From Candidatus Marinacidobacterales bacterium (GTDB lineage Bacteria > Acidobacteriota > Vicinamibacteria > Marinacidobacterales > DATDRI01): a stretch of DNA of 64,000 bases. A program made the position numbers and the translations under genes. Numbering within the stretch: the stretch's first letter is position 1; each line of letters opens with the position of its first letter. The notes beneath the pieces were generated by a model. It was not told the origin of the DNA, did no database searches, and saw only the letters and a list, made by a program, of their open reading frames with translations. The stretch lies in the NCBI GenBank assembly GCA_965219415.1, contig OZ244742.1, forward strand, positions 1,984,001 through 2,048,000, written 5' to 3'. Of this stretch, positions 40,882-51,470 are shown piece after piece.

Positions 40882-41910
40882 TTGTTTCCCGGTAACGGAG
40901 TAACTGCGATCGATTCCTGGCGCAAACAGCTCGACTCCCCGTGGCTTGGGCCAGGGTTGGGTGTGCTGGCCGGACTCACGTATGGGCTGGTCGCCCGGTT
41001 TGCCTTCTCGGTGTCTGCCATCATGGGCGTCTGGGGCATCATGACCCTGGGCTTCATCTTCTGGCTCCCGATGGCCCTCGGTGCGTTGACGGTTTTCATC
41101 GCGCAGAGGAAAGCCGAGAGGACATGGATCTTTTCGATCTTCCTTCCCTGGATACCAGCACTGTTGGGTATCGGGTCCGCCGTACTCTTGGGCTGGGAGG
41201 GGACGATTTGCGTCGTCATGGCGTTGCCGGTCTACCTGCTCATGGCCAGCCTGGGTGGATATCTCGTTTGGCTCGGAACACGCCGCACTCTCCCATCAAC
41301 CCCCAGCACCGTTCTGGTGGCGACACTCGCGATCTTGCCGTTCCTCTCTGCGCAGATCGAGCAAAACTTCGAGCTTCCGATTACCCACCGCCAGGTGAAG
41401 ACCGAGATTCTCATCGAAGCGTCCCCGTCGACGGTTTGGCAGAACATCATTCGGGTTCCAACGATCCGGGAAAGCGAGCAACGGAGGATTTCGTTTCATG
41501 TGCTGGGTTTTCCGAAACCCGTGGAGGCTACTCTCAGCCATGAGGGAGTCGGAGGCATCCGACACGCGAGCTTCGAGGGTGGGCTGGTCTTCGTCGAGAC
41601 GATCACCGAGTGGGAGCCGGAGGAGAAGTTGGCCTTCGGCATTTACGTTGATCCCGAGTTGGTTCCCGCAACGACCTTGGATGAGCATGTCGTGGTGGGT
41701 GGGCCTTTCTTCGAGACGCTGGACGGCCGCTACCGTATCGAGCCTTTGGAGGAGGGCGGAGTGATGCTTCATCTGGAGAGCACCCACCGTCTCTCCACAC
41801 GGTTCAACTTCTACTCCCAGTGGTGGAGCGATCTAATAATGAGGGATATCCAAGATTACATTCTGGTGATTCTCAAGGAGCGGTGTGAGGGTCAAGAGGA
41901 AGGAGTCTGA
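40882..41910 (+). CDS. membrane protein with C-terminal SRPBCC/START-like domain
   Basis: About five TM helices with EGTICVVMA, then IEASPSTVW...GVGGIRHASF...ETITEW. Confidence 0.75.
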   Translation: MFPGNGVTAIDSWRKQLDSPWLGPGLGVLAGLTYGLVARFAFSVSAIMGVWGIMTLGFIFWLPMALGALTVFIAQRKAERTWIFSIFLPWIPALLGIGSAVLLGWEGTICVVMALPVYLLMASLGGYLVWLGTRRTLPSTPSTVLVATLAILPFLSAQIEQNFELPITHRQVKTEILIEASPSTVWQNIIRVPTIRESEQRRISFHVLGFPKPVEATLSHEGVGGIRHASFEGGLVFVETITEWEPEEKLAFGIYVDPELVPATTLDEHVVVGGPFFETLDGRYRIEPLEEGGVMLHLESTHRLSTRFNFYSQWWSDLIMRDIQDYILVILKERCEGQEEGV

Positions 41911-41956
41911 GTATTCACGATCACGCACTCATCTGTTCGAGCGGTCGCACCTCGCG

Positions 41957-42226
41957 CTAAATCTTCGCGAATTTCTTTCTCTCGGTTTCCTCCAGGTCGT
42001 AGTCCATCTGGAGCCCAAGCCAGAAACGGCTCGAAGTACCAAAGTAGCGCGACAACCGGAGGGCCGTATCCGGTGTGACCGAGCGCTTGCCCAACATAAT
42101 TTCGTTGATCCGCCGCGGTGGCACGCCGATCTCCCTCGCTAGACGGTTCTGGCTAATCTCCAGGGGATCAAGGAACTCCTCCAAGAGTACCTCGCCAGGA
42201 TGAATATTCGGTAGCTTCCTCGTCAT
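41957..42226 (-). CDS. higA: HigA-family addiction-module antitoxin (HTH)
   Basis: IHPGEVLLEEFL...RINEI...TALRLSRYFG...FWLGLQ. Confidence 0.95.
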   Translation of the reverse strand: MTRKLPNIHPGEVLLEEFLDPLEISQNRLAREIGVPPRRINEIMLGKRSVTPDTALRLSRYFGTSSRFWLGLQMDYDLEETERKKFAKI

Positions 42227-42238
42227 TCCATACCTCCG

Positions 42239-42277
42239 TTATCGATGGTAGTCGACGATCTCGACGTCGTGCGCATT
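42239..42277 (-). pseudogene. higB: 3' remnant of a HigB/RelE-type toxin
   Basis: Manual translation NAHDVEIVDYHR*, the typical HigB C-terminus, ending just before the higA RBS. Confidence 0.75.
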
Positions 42278-42583
42278 ATAACGTCAACCGTTATAAAGCC
42301 GCTCCGTCCGGACCAGATGTTCACGCCGCCACCCACGTTGAGGGTGGCGCTAGAACCGCCTTCCGTGCTGATCGCTCCAACGCCGCCCATGACGAAGGGG
42401 ACGATGCGACGGGATTTCGGAATGAAGTGGTAGGACACATCGAGTGACGGGAAGACGGCGGCACCGGCTTGGCCTCCCGCGATACCGAGGCTGGCCACGA
42501 TACCGAGCCCTTTGTAAACGAGGTAGTCGAAGCCGCCGCCGAACTCCAGAAGCGTGCCGCCATATGTGACGCGCCCCAAAGGT

Positions 42584-44043
42584 GGGGATGTCCCGGCCGC
42601 TGTTGAATTTGGTCGGGTAGCGGCGGCACCTGTGAATACTCTTAGGCAGCAAACTCATCGCTGTCAAGAGATTTCTGTTTGCTTCTAAGCGCGTGAACGA
42701 AAGCGCCCATATGGCGATAGCCTTTGATACGCCGGAACTTTTTCTGCGCGGTGACGACGCCAAGAGCGGTCCATCGGCGAACCATGGAAGGACTCTTCCA
42801 ACGCTTGAGGTTTCTCGATACTCTGCGAATGGTTCCGTTGAGATTCTCAATGGCGTTCGTCGTGGCAAGAGACTGGCGAAGTAAGGCGGGCAGCGCGAGC
42901 TTCACGACCGTGAGTGTCTCTTCCATCCCTTCACGAAGGCTTCCGGCAGCTTCGTCGTAGCCGTTTCGCTCGAGCCACGACACCAATGCCTGAAGTCGCT
43001 TGCGCGCCTTGTCGGCACTCTTGCACTTGTAGGCTTCCTTCATCGTCTGGAGCACGTAGGCGTGACGAGACTTGGGAAGGTACGAGCGAAGATTCCGGAG
43101 TTTATGGATCTGGCACCTTTGGATGACCGCGAGGTCCCCCAAAACGTCGACGAGTGCCTTGCGGATGCCTTTGCCTCCGTCCACTACGCAGAGAATCGAC
43201 TCATCGACGCGCAAGCCCCGCTCGAGAAGGTCCTGCAACATCGCGGTGCACACCCGAGAGTTCTCCGTCGAGCCCAGCCATATACCCAGGGGCACCTTCG
43301 TTCCATCTATTGTGATACCTAGAGTTACGACGACGGTCTGTCCGGCCACCTCAAGGCCATCCAGCATCAGTGCCGCAAGCTCGAACTCCTCTAGCCGCCG
43401 AGACAGGTATTCCTCGAGCTTCTTAGTCGTCTGGCTCACGAGGTGACGGCTGGCGGCACTCTTACTCGTGCCACGAGACTTCAACTTGGCCGCGGGTTTG
43501 TTCAGACTCGATTCGTAATTTCGGGTCGATACCCCCACCAAGATCTGATTCAACACTCGCTCTGGAAGCGGGTCTTCTTCGCGGAAGGCTTCGAAGTGTG
43601 GAAGCGACGCCTCCTCGCCCGACTTCGAGCGAACTCGAGGTCGCGACACTTGGATGCGACGACCACCGAAGCTCAGCTCTCCGTTCGTGCTCCCCCAGTG
43701 GTTATGAGTTCGCTCCTTCTCGTGCTTGCCCTTGAGCCCCGCGATCTCCTCGGCGTCCTCTCTGAGCAGTAGGTGCAGAGCTGTCAGTCCTTGCTCGTAC
43801 ACCCATTCCGTCAGTTCCGCCTTCGTGGCCGCGATCCCAGCTATCATCGGTAGCAGTATCTGACCGACTTGGCCAACTACCTTGCCCGTAGGCGAGTGCG
43901 TTTGCTTTCTTACTGGCTTCTTTGATTTCCTAGGCATTGGTGGCTCCTTGTCCCCCTCTGGAGACGGTTGTTTGGCAGACCTATTCTTAGGCCGGCCAAG
44001 GAGCCGCCGCTACCCCAAATTCAACATCCGGCGGGACATCCCC
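42584..44043 (-). mobile_element. IS256-family element (copy 3)
   Basis: ~41-44-bp IRs beginning GGGGATGTCCCG...TGTTGAATTTGG...GTAGCGGCGGC; perfect 8-bp TSD CCAAAGGT at 42576-42583 and 44044-44051. Confidence 0.93.
42642..43937 (-). CDS. IS256-family transposase
   Basis: MLDG, VVDGGKGI, QRCQIHK and TTNAIENLN motifs. Confidence 0.95.
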   Translation of the reverse strand: MPRKSKKPVRKQTHSPTGKVVGQVGQILLPMIAGIAATKAELTEWVYEQGLTALHLLLREDAEEIAGLKGKHEKERTHNHWGSTNGELSFGGRRIQVSRPRVRSKSGEEASLPHFEAFREEDPLPERVLNQILVGVSTRNYESSLNKPAAKLKSRGTSKSAASRHLVSQTTKKLEEYLSRRLEEFELAALMLDGLEVAGQTVVVTLGITIDGTKVPLGIWLGSTENSRVCTAMLQDLLERGLRVDESILCVVDGGKGIRKALVDVLGDLAVIQRCQIHKLRNLRSYLPKSRHAYVLQTMKEAYKCKSADKARKRLQALVSWLERNGYDEAAGSLREGMEETLTVVKLALPALLRQSLATTNAIENLNGTIRRVSRNLKRWKSPSMVRRWTALGVVTAQKKFRRIKGYRHMGAFVHALRSKQKSLDSDEFAA

Positions 44044-44235
44044 CCAAAGGTCCGCCGTACAGATAACCCTGCTGCTTCAAATCTCCCGACGGGGCGCCGT
44101 CAGACGCGTCCGCCGCCTTGGATACAAACCATCGAAAACAGAACTACTAACAGTGTGCCGCGCATTGTCTTGCCCCCCTATCCCTTGGTTGGAGGTTGTC
44201 GTTTACGGCCTTTCAATTGGACGAGCTTGGTGTTG

Positions 44236-44257
44236 GCCAATCGTAACTTCGATTGGC
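44236..44257. promoter_or_regulatory. inverted repeat in a divergent promoter region (possible operator)
   Basis: GCCAATCG-N6-CGATTGGC. Confidence 0.35.
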
Positions 44258-44500
44258 TGAATAGCAAGCGCTGTGCCACCGTTACATTGAAGGAAAACGC
44301 GGTATTTCACTGGCCTTTGGACGTTTGCGGAGCCTCGGACCGCTATCTAAGAAGATAGGGCGTATCCGTTACGTTAGCCGTGACGCGCCAAGAACAACGT
44401 ACTTCTACGGATAGACCCTGCCCCTCGTGATCGAGTAAAAAGGGCCACGTCGGGCCGCAATGGCAACCTCTGGAACGAAAACCCAACGAAGGAGAACCAA

Positions 44501-45949
44501 ATGAGGAAGAGACTCTTTGTTAGATTTGTCTTGGTTGCGGTGCTATGCGCCGGGGCGTAGGTTCTGACCGGCCACGCTCAGCAACCCGAGATTCCCGAGC
44601 CCCCTGAGATAGAGGGCTTCGATTTCGAGAAAGATCCCGACATATTCAAGGCCGTCGCCACCGGCGGCGTGCCGATGGGTCGTTGGAAGGAAGGTCTGCT
44701 TTTCGACGGCATCGAGCCTCTGCCGTGGCTCGCCAGTGCCGCCAACTGGTTTCCCGGCACGGAGGAGGTCCAACCCGAGGAGATCCGCGTGACCTTCATG
44801 GGTACCGCGCCGATGATCCGGCCCGGCCAGATGAACACCTCGGTCTTTGTCGAGCTGGGTAACGGCGACAGCTTCATCTTCGACATCGGCGAGGGCTCGG
44901 TCGCCAACTACATCGCCGCCGGCATTCCGCTCAACAAGCTCAACGACATCTTCATCACCCACCTGCATGTCGACCACTACGGATCACTTCCGTACGTCTA
45001 CGCGTTCGGAGCCTGGTCCGGGCGATGGCACGAGCCACTGCGCGTGTATGGCGCTTCAGGGCGAGGTCCGGAGGACGGGATCGCCCACATGATCAAGGGC
45101 ATGAAGATGATGATGAAGTGGCACATCGACGCCTTCAGTGTCTTCCCGATCAGCGAAGGCTGGGATATCGAAGTCAACGAGTTCGACTTCCAGGACGACG
45201 GTGGCGTCATCTACGACAAGAACGACGCTAAAGTCACCCATTGGCGACGTTCGCATGCCAAGGACGGCGCCTCCGGCTATCGACTCGACTGGAACGACAT
45301 GTGCGTCGTCTGGACCGGCGACGGCCGCCCCTCGGAGCTCGACATCAAGTACGCCAAAGGCTGCGATCTCTATATCACCGAGACCCAGGCGGAGTTGATG
45401 TCGATCAGCTCAGGCGTGGCAGGCGTTCCGCCCTTCGTCGGTCGCTACACGATCGACACACACCATACGCCGACCTATGCGCTGGGCTATTTGTGCGACA
45501 AGATTCAACCTCGACTCTGCATGAGCACGCACATGCAGCATGATCCCTACCAGGACGCCGAGGTCATCGCCGAGGTTCGGGAACACTGGGATGGACCCTA
45601 CCACCCGGGCGCTCCCGACATGGTCGTCGTTAATATGACCAAAGACAAGATCTGGGCACGCGACGGCGTCATTGCCGACTATCCCAACAACAAGGCACCT
45701 AATGCCGACCTCGCGATCACCAGGTTCGGTGGCCTCATCGTGCCGAAACCACAGTACTCAAGAAAGGATCTTCAGGAGCAGTTCATCCGCGACGCCCAGA
45801 TCGATCCGAAGCTGTACTATCCCGAAGGCTATATGCCTCACCTGATGGAGGAGTGGCCGACCGACAAGGACCTGTACCTTCCAGAGGCACTCGTTCCCGA
45901 TTCGATGAAGCCTGAAACGCTGAAGAAGAGGAGGGCGGAGAGTCAGTAG
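44501..45949 (+). pseudogene. secreted RNase Z-like MBL hydrolase (GntH-like) with in-frame TAG at 44558
   Basis: AGGAG RBS, ATG 44501 in frame with ORF 44669; signal peptide ...CAGA*VLTGHA; THLHVDH, WTGDG and HHT motifs. Confidence 0.85.
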
Positions 45950-46098
45950 CTCTCTCGGAAACACCGCCGTGGACGACGAAGGGGAGCTGGGGCGTTAGGA
46001 CGCGTCGCGTCCTAGAGGTCCTCCTGTGTGCAGAAGCACTTTGCGGGTACGCATTAACACCGGCGTTCGGAGACGGTCCGGAAACCGACGGCGGTTAC

Positions 46099-46330
46099 GT
46101 GCGAAAGGTCGCGGAGCGGGACGGCTGGAAATGTACGCCGGGGTGCAGCAATCGAACGGCGTTGACTGCAAACCACATGATGCCGCGTGCTCGGGGTGGT
46201 TCCGATGAGACTTGGAATCTACACACGGTCTGCGCAGTCTGTCACGCGGCGATCACTGAGGGACGTTTGAGAGTCAAAGGCCGGGCTCCCAACCGGCTGA
46301 CTTGGGAGGGTTCATTGGGCGTCATCGAAA
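46099..46330 (+). pseudogene. C-terminal remnant of an HNH endonuclease
   Basis: RDGWKC.PGC...H..PRARGGSDETWNL.TVCAVCH...GRLRVKGRAP.RLTW; no N-terminal domain. Confidence 0.72.
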
Positions 46331-46843
46331 AGCCCTTGCCCCTGCCCAGCGTGCAGAGACGTTCTAAAAGAAAGGCGTCGGGTGTCCAGCCCTCACAGCG
46401 ATCCGGTGGCGCCATGATTTCCAGAGACTCGGAGCGTCTTATGGCGTGCCAGCCTTTCCCAACTTTGGATCACGTGATCCAGCGTCCGGCAAGCCCGGCG
46501 GCCCGACGCAGTACAGCACGTTTTCAGCAACACTCGCGACCTCCGGCGTGACAGGCCGGGGAAAGCGTCCAAGCAGTACAAAGGGAGGAAGAAGGAGCCT
46601 AAGGAATCAGGCAGTTAGACTCTCGGGTTCAGGCTCCTTTGGTACCTCTTAGGACAGCTTCACTGCACAATTCCAGCACAGTGGGTCGGAACGCTCCGCT
46701 CCGGTGCAACGCTACTTGGGCTCTTCCTCCTCTTGCGTGGCGAACACGTTTGGAATCTCGATGTCTTCCGTTAGAGGCCACTCACGGACCAGTTCCTTCG
46801 GAGCGGGGAACGTGATCGATCCTCCAGAAACCGGTTGCCCCAA

Positions 46844-48155
46844 CTAAGCCCTGCGCGTCAACCAGCCCAACCCGAAGCCGGAACCGAACAGCCAACAGGA
46901 CGGTCTTTGGGCCTCGCTCGGCGGGCCAGGCTGCGAGTCCACATCTTCAGCAGACGGTGGCGGAGGCCAGGCAAGTAAGTCGGCCTTGGTTTGCCGGACG
47001 ACGATCTGATCCGGCGTGACATTGATCGTTGTCAGGTCTTGCAGCAACAGCACAGGACCATCGTAGGTCGTTCGTCAGCGCTCGAAGGAGTGGGTCGATC
47101 AACTCGTCGTCCAGCGGAAAGTGCATCCCCACTCCCAATCGAGGCTTGGCGATCTCGAACACGCGCCCGAGTTCCGCCGATGTGGTGTGCTCACTCATGA
47201 CGGCTTGGCCGTGTTCAATCGGCATGTGGTTCTTTTCAGCGAACTCCTCGCCAGATGGCATGATCTCGTGGATGAATACGTCCGCACCCTTGGCCTGCTC
47301 GGCCTCGAAGGTGCTCGGCTGACTGTCGGCGGTGTAGGCCAGAGAGAGCCCGTTCCACTCCAACCGGTAGCCCATCGCACCGAAGATCACGTGGATCACA
47401 GGGAAGGCGTAGATCTTGACGCCGCCCTCGTCGTACACGAGTTGGCGCGGCTGCTCGGGGCTGAACTGCCGCGCGTCATACTCATGGGGAATGATCTTCG
47501 TTCCACCCGTCGGGAGCACGTGCTGCTTGCTCTGGACGTGCCACTCGGCTGCCTTCCTGACGTTCTCGGTGAATGCCGCAGTGCCGAGGTCCGGCGTGTG
47601 CCCCGAGGAACCCCACACATGAAGGGGGGTATTGCGAGCCCACCCCATTGCATCGAAAAGAGGAAAAATGCCGCCGACGTGATCCAGATGAAGATGCGTG
47701 ACGAAAAGCCTGTCCAGGTCGGCGGGATGCACGCCTAGGGCGAAGAGGTTCCCGACCGTTCCACTCCCAACGTCGAAGATGAAGATGTCACCGTTCCCCA
47801 GCTGGACCAGAAGACAAGATGCCCCCTGGCCAATGCGAAGCGGAGCAGGGCCAAAGGAGCCGCACGCCGTGATTCTCATCTCGTTCTCAGCAAGGCTCTC
47901 TTGCCCTGGGATGTAGTGCTCCGGGTACTTCTTCAAGGAAGCGCCTTGTGTCTTGGCGATTACCGGTGTCTTCGTGATGGGTTTTCCGGTGAGAGGCAAC
48001 GGGTAGCCACCTTCCGTGGTTCCCGGTTCTCTAGGAAAGCGGTAGTCCTCCGGTCCACCGGCGCTCGCCGTGAAGGGCAGGATCAGGGTGAGCGTGAGCC
48101 CGAACAGCCAGTAATCTCGCATCGCTTTGCAAAGGTTCACGGTTAGTCCCTCCAA
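46844..48155 (-). pseudogene. second RNase Z-like MBL hydrolase (GntH-like); frameshift near 47087 and TGA at 47075-47077
   Basis: EMRITACGS, FDVGSG, THLHLDH, YTADS and EHT motifs; C-terminus continues in ORF 46844-47053 frame (FER*RTTYDGPVLLLQDLT). Confidence 0.85.
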
Positions 48156-48785
48156 TTTGATTTTCTTCCCAGACTGCCCCCGTCACGAGCACAGGAGCTA
48201 ATGTAAATCAGGTGCCGGAGATTCCACCCCCTGAGCCGGAACAGCGATGATAGCCTTGACCGTCTCCCAGCTTTGGGTTAGCGGCTTTCCCACATTTCCA
48301 CCCGACTCCCTCGTCCTCGTCGGTGTCCTCGTCACTGCCGTAGCACGCGGCCAGGTAGCTCCGAAGGTTTGTGACATCCTTCTGGCGGCGTTCCATTCCT
48401 AGCCGGGTCAGCAGGGACTCGACGAGGTGCCGGGCCAGTTCGCCACGCTCTTCATGACTGGAAGAAGTCGCTTCTGCTTACCACGTCCGGTGAGAATGGA
48501 GTCCTGAGCCATGATCCACTCCGCAAACACCCAGAGCCCGCTCCCACGATGATGCGAGAACAAGAACGACCGGGAATCGTATCATGCTCTAACGACCGCC
48601 GTTACCCGGAAAACTACTGGTTTTGACCGCAAGAACTACGAGTACGCGGCGGTCTTACTTAGGGGTCGATCCAAGCGCCCCAGTGCGGTGGACCACCGGC
48701 CTAACGCACCGGCGTTCCATCCGCCGGAAGCTCGAATCGCTGGCGTCACTGGCGGAGATGTCCATGTCGGACTCTTTTCTCTTGT

Positions 48786-49676
48786 TCAGTCCCGGGGAGG
48801 GTCCATACCCAGCTCGGAGAGCATCCGAAGATTCTCTCGCCAATGCTCTCGCACTTTTACATGGAATCCGAGGTAGACATGGGTGTTGAGGAATTGTTCC
48901 AGGTCCGTTCGGGCGGATGAACCGATCTTCTTCAGCATGCTGCCCTTTTTTCCCACCAGGATGCCCTTCTGCGAGTCGCGTTCGACCAGAATGGACGCCT
49001 CGATGCGGATGAGCTCTTCCCCGTCTTCCCAAGAATCCACTCGTACTGCGGTCGCATAGGGAACCTCCTCTCGTATGAAGAGGAGTATCTTTTCGCGAAC
49101 AATTTCGGCGGCGAAGAACCTCTCGGGTAGATCGGTCAGCGTGTCCTCTGGAAAAAGAGGCGGCCCTTCCGGCAAATGCTGCTCGAAGAGCTCCACCAGA
49201 CGGGGCACGTTGTCTCCGGTCAGGGCGGAGACGGGAACGATCTCGGCGAATTCGTGAAGCTTCCGATATTCCTCGATGACCGGAAGCACCTCGGTCTTTG
49301 GGACCTGATCGACTTTGTTGATAACCAAGAACCGGGGAGCCCGGACCTTCTTCATGAGCTCTAGTACACATCGATCGCCGCCGCCGAAAGGCTGGGTGAT
49401 GTCCACCATCAGAGCGACAAGATCCACGCGGTTGAGACTCGAGACCGCGCTTGCCACCATCAGTCGGTTCATCTGATGCTGGGGCTTGTGGATCCCGGGG
49501 GTATCGAAGAACACGATCTGTCCCCGGGAGGTATTGGCGACCGCCAGAATACGATTACGGGTGGTTTGGGGTCTTGGTGTAACGATGGCGACCTTTTGGC
49601 CAACGACTCGATTGATGAGCGTGGACTTCCCGACGTTGGGGCGGCCGACGACGCTGACGAAACCGCTATGTGTCAA
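48786..49676 (-). CDS. era: GTPase Era
   Basis: GRPNVGKST, PQTTR, DTPG, NKVD and KH domain GILVGKKG. Confidence 0.98.
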   Translation of the reverse strand: MTHSGFVSVVGRPNVGKSTLINRVVGQKVAIVTPRPQTTRNRILAVANTSRGQIVFFDTPGIHKPQHQMNRLMVASAVSSLNRVDLVALMVDITQPFGGGDRCVLELMKKVRAPRFLVINKVDQVPKTEVLPVIEEYRKLHEFAEIVPVSALTGDNVPRLVELFEQHLPEGPPLFPEDTLTDLPERFFAAEIVREKILLFIREEVPYATAVRVDSWEDGEELIRIEASILVERDSQKGILVGKKGSMLKKIGSSARTDLEQFLNTHVYLGFHVKVREHWRENLRMLSELGMDPPRD

Positions 49677-49685
49677 CGAGAGTTC

Positions 49686-50927
49686 TCACGCGGTCCCCTT
49701 CTGACGAAGCCGGATTCGCACTTTGTTGATTCGTTGACCCTCGGCATCGACGACTTCGATGGTCAGACCCTGATAGTCGATCGCTTCTCCGGATTGCGGC
49801 ACTCGGCCCAAAGCGGCAAGCACCAGGCCCGATACCGTATCGAAACCCTTTCCGTTGACGTCGAGATCGAGCTTTTCCTTGAGCACATCGACATCGGCGC
49901 GGCCGCTCACCAGGAAGACCCCGTCGCCCTCGCGTACGAACTCTTCCCCGACCTCGTCGTCGAATTCATCGTGAATCTCGCCCACGATCTCCTCGATGAT
50001 GTCCTCGACCGTCAGGAGCCCGGAGGTCCCGCCGTACTCATCTGCCACCATGGCGATGGTAGAACGGCTGCGCTGGAACTCTCGCAGCAAGGCGGAGACT
50101 TTCTTTGTCTCGGGCACGAAATTGACGGGCCTGATGAGTGAATCGATGGAGTCGTCAGTGCTTCGGTCCGCGTACGACAGAACGTCAATCGCATGAACGA
50201 GGCCCACGATATGGTCGAGGCTCTCTTCGAAAACCGGAACCCGCGAATATTTCTCGTCCATGAACAGCTGGCGAAGCTCGGCGAGATTTGCCTCACGGCG
50301 GACTCCCACCATTTCCGGACGGGGCGTCATGATCTCACGAACAACCTTGTCGCCTAGATCCACGATCGACTGCACCATGCGGCCCTCGTCCCCTTCGAGG
50401 ATCCCTTCTTCCTCCCCGGTCTCGATGAAGGCCTGGACTTCCTCTTCGCTCACACCCTCGTCTTCCGTTTCCTCTTCGTCCTTAACAAACGCCCGGACCA
50501 AGTGGGACAGAGGGCGACTGACGGGCCAGATCAGCGCGTCGTAGATTCGAAACGCGGGAAGCAAGGCCAAAAGGACACGCTCGGGGCTGATCCGGGCGAT
50601 GAAGTTCGGCAGAACTTCACGAAAAATCAAGTAAACCGGCAGCATCGTCACGAACGACAAAACGACGGCTTGTGCGGGGCTTCGGTCGATGTAGAACTGA
50701 GTGAGCAAGACAGTTGCCGCGATGAGGCCGCCCTGGATGCCGATGCGAAGCGGCAGCAAGAGACGCATAGGGTCTTCCAGGCAGCGGTTCAAAAACTCGG
50801 TCTTCCAACCTTCCTCGCTGAATTGTCGGATGGTGATCTTGCTGAAGTAGTGAAAGGCGACATCGATGGTGGACAAGAAAAGCGCTAACACCAGAAGGCA
50901 CGAAATCCCGATCGGCGTTAGGTCCAT
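49686..50927 (-). CDS. CNNM/CorC-HlyC (hemolysin-family) CBS membrane protein
   Basis: DUF21-like TMs, REIMTPR, YSRVPV, DEYGGTSG, EDIIEEIVGEI and CorC domain. Confidence 0.93.
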   Translation of the reverse strand: MDLTPIGISCLLVLALFLSTIDVAFHYFSKITIRQFSEEGWKTEFLNRCLEDPMRLLLPLRIGIQGGLIAATVLLTQFYIDRSPAQAVVLSFVTMLPVYLIFREVLPNFIARISPERVLLALLPAFRIYDALIWPVSRPLSHLVRAFVKDEEETEDEGVSEEEVQAFIETGEEEGILEGDEGRMVQSIVDLGDKVVREIMTPRPEMVGVRREANLAELRQLFMDEKYSRVPVFEESLDHIVGLVHAIDVLSYADRSTDDSIDSLIRPVNFVPETKKVSALLREFQRSRSTIAMVADEYGGTSGLLTVEDIIEEIVGEIHDEFDDEVGEEFVREGDGVFLVSGRADVDVLKEKLDLDVNGKGFDTVSGLVLAALGRVPQSGEAIDYQGLTIEVVDAEGQRINKVRIRLRQKGTA

Positions 50928-50942
50928 CGCTCTCTCAGCCTC

Positions 50943-51470
50943 CTAGCGGGTCGCTCGACGGCGTGTAATGTCATATTTCCTTCTCATGCGGTACTCGATG
51001 CGCCTCATCTCTCCATGGTCGGTCTCGTGGTCGTATCCGAGTAGATGAAGTAGTCCGTGCAGTGCCAGAACTCGTAACTCACGAGGTAGTGTCGACCCTC
51101 GCCGGCGTGCCTGCCGACGGGCGGTCTCGACGGAAATCACGATGTCACCGAGGTAATCCGCTTCGTCGGGGAAATCTCCATTGCTAGCGGGAAAGGCTAG
51201 AACGTCGGTCGGTCGGTCGTAGCCACGGAACGTGCGATTGAGATGCCGCATCCGCACATCTCCCACCAGAACGAGGCTCGCGGAGACTCCCTCTGGAGCA
51301 ACTTCTCCCGCGACCTCCCGGAAAAACTTGCGGAGCGGACGACTGTCGATCTTTACTCGACGCTGAAGATTCTTGAAGAGCAGTCTGGGCGTCCGGTTCC
51401 GTGATGCCGTGGGGTTGAAGATCTTGAGGGCCCGGGGGGCTCCCGGGTCCGGGTCTTCGCTTGTGCTCAT
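50943..51470 (-). CDS. ybeY: endoribonuclease YbeY
   Basis: PTDVLAF, LGDIVIS and [11 protein letters not shown] motifs. Confidence 0.96.
   Translation of the reverse strand: MSTSEDPDPGAPRALKIFNPTASRNRTPRLLFKNLQRRVKIDSRPLRKFFREVAGEVAPEGVSASLVLVGDVRMRHLNRTFRGYDRPTDVLAFPASNGDFPDEADYLGDIVISVETARRQARRRGSTLPRELRVLALHGLLHLLGYDHETDHGEMRRIEYRMRRKYDITRRRATR

Larger units (their letters stand above)
42297..44165 (-). pseudogene. small outer-membrane beta-barrel protein; frameshifted, IS256-interrupted and 3'-truncated
   Basis: Signal peptide MRGTLLVVLF from 44165; ...QGYLYGGPL|GRVTYGGTLLEFGGG...VSYHF...PFVMGG...NVGGGVN across the IS. Confidence 0.72.

Noticed and set aside
44501-48155. Guanitoxin biosynthetic cluster
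   Set aside because: Only MBL-fold homologues are present; no other pathway-type enzymes are adjacent.
48208-48765. Short ORFs downstream of era
   Set aside because: Fragmentary with no recognisable motif; possibly debris of a lost gene, but not assignable.
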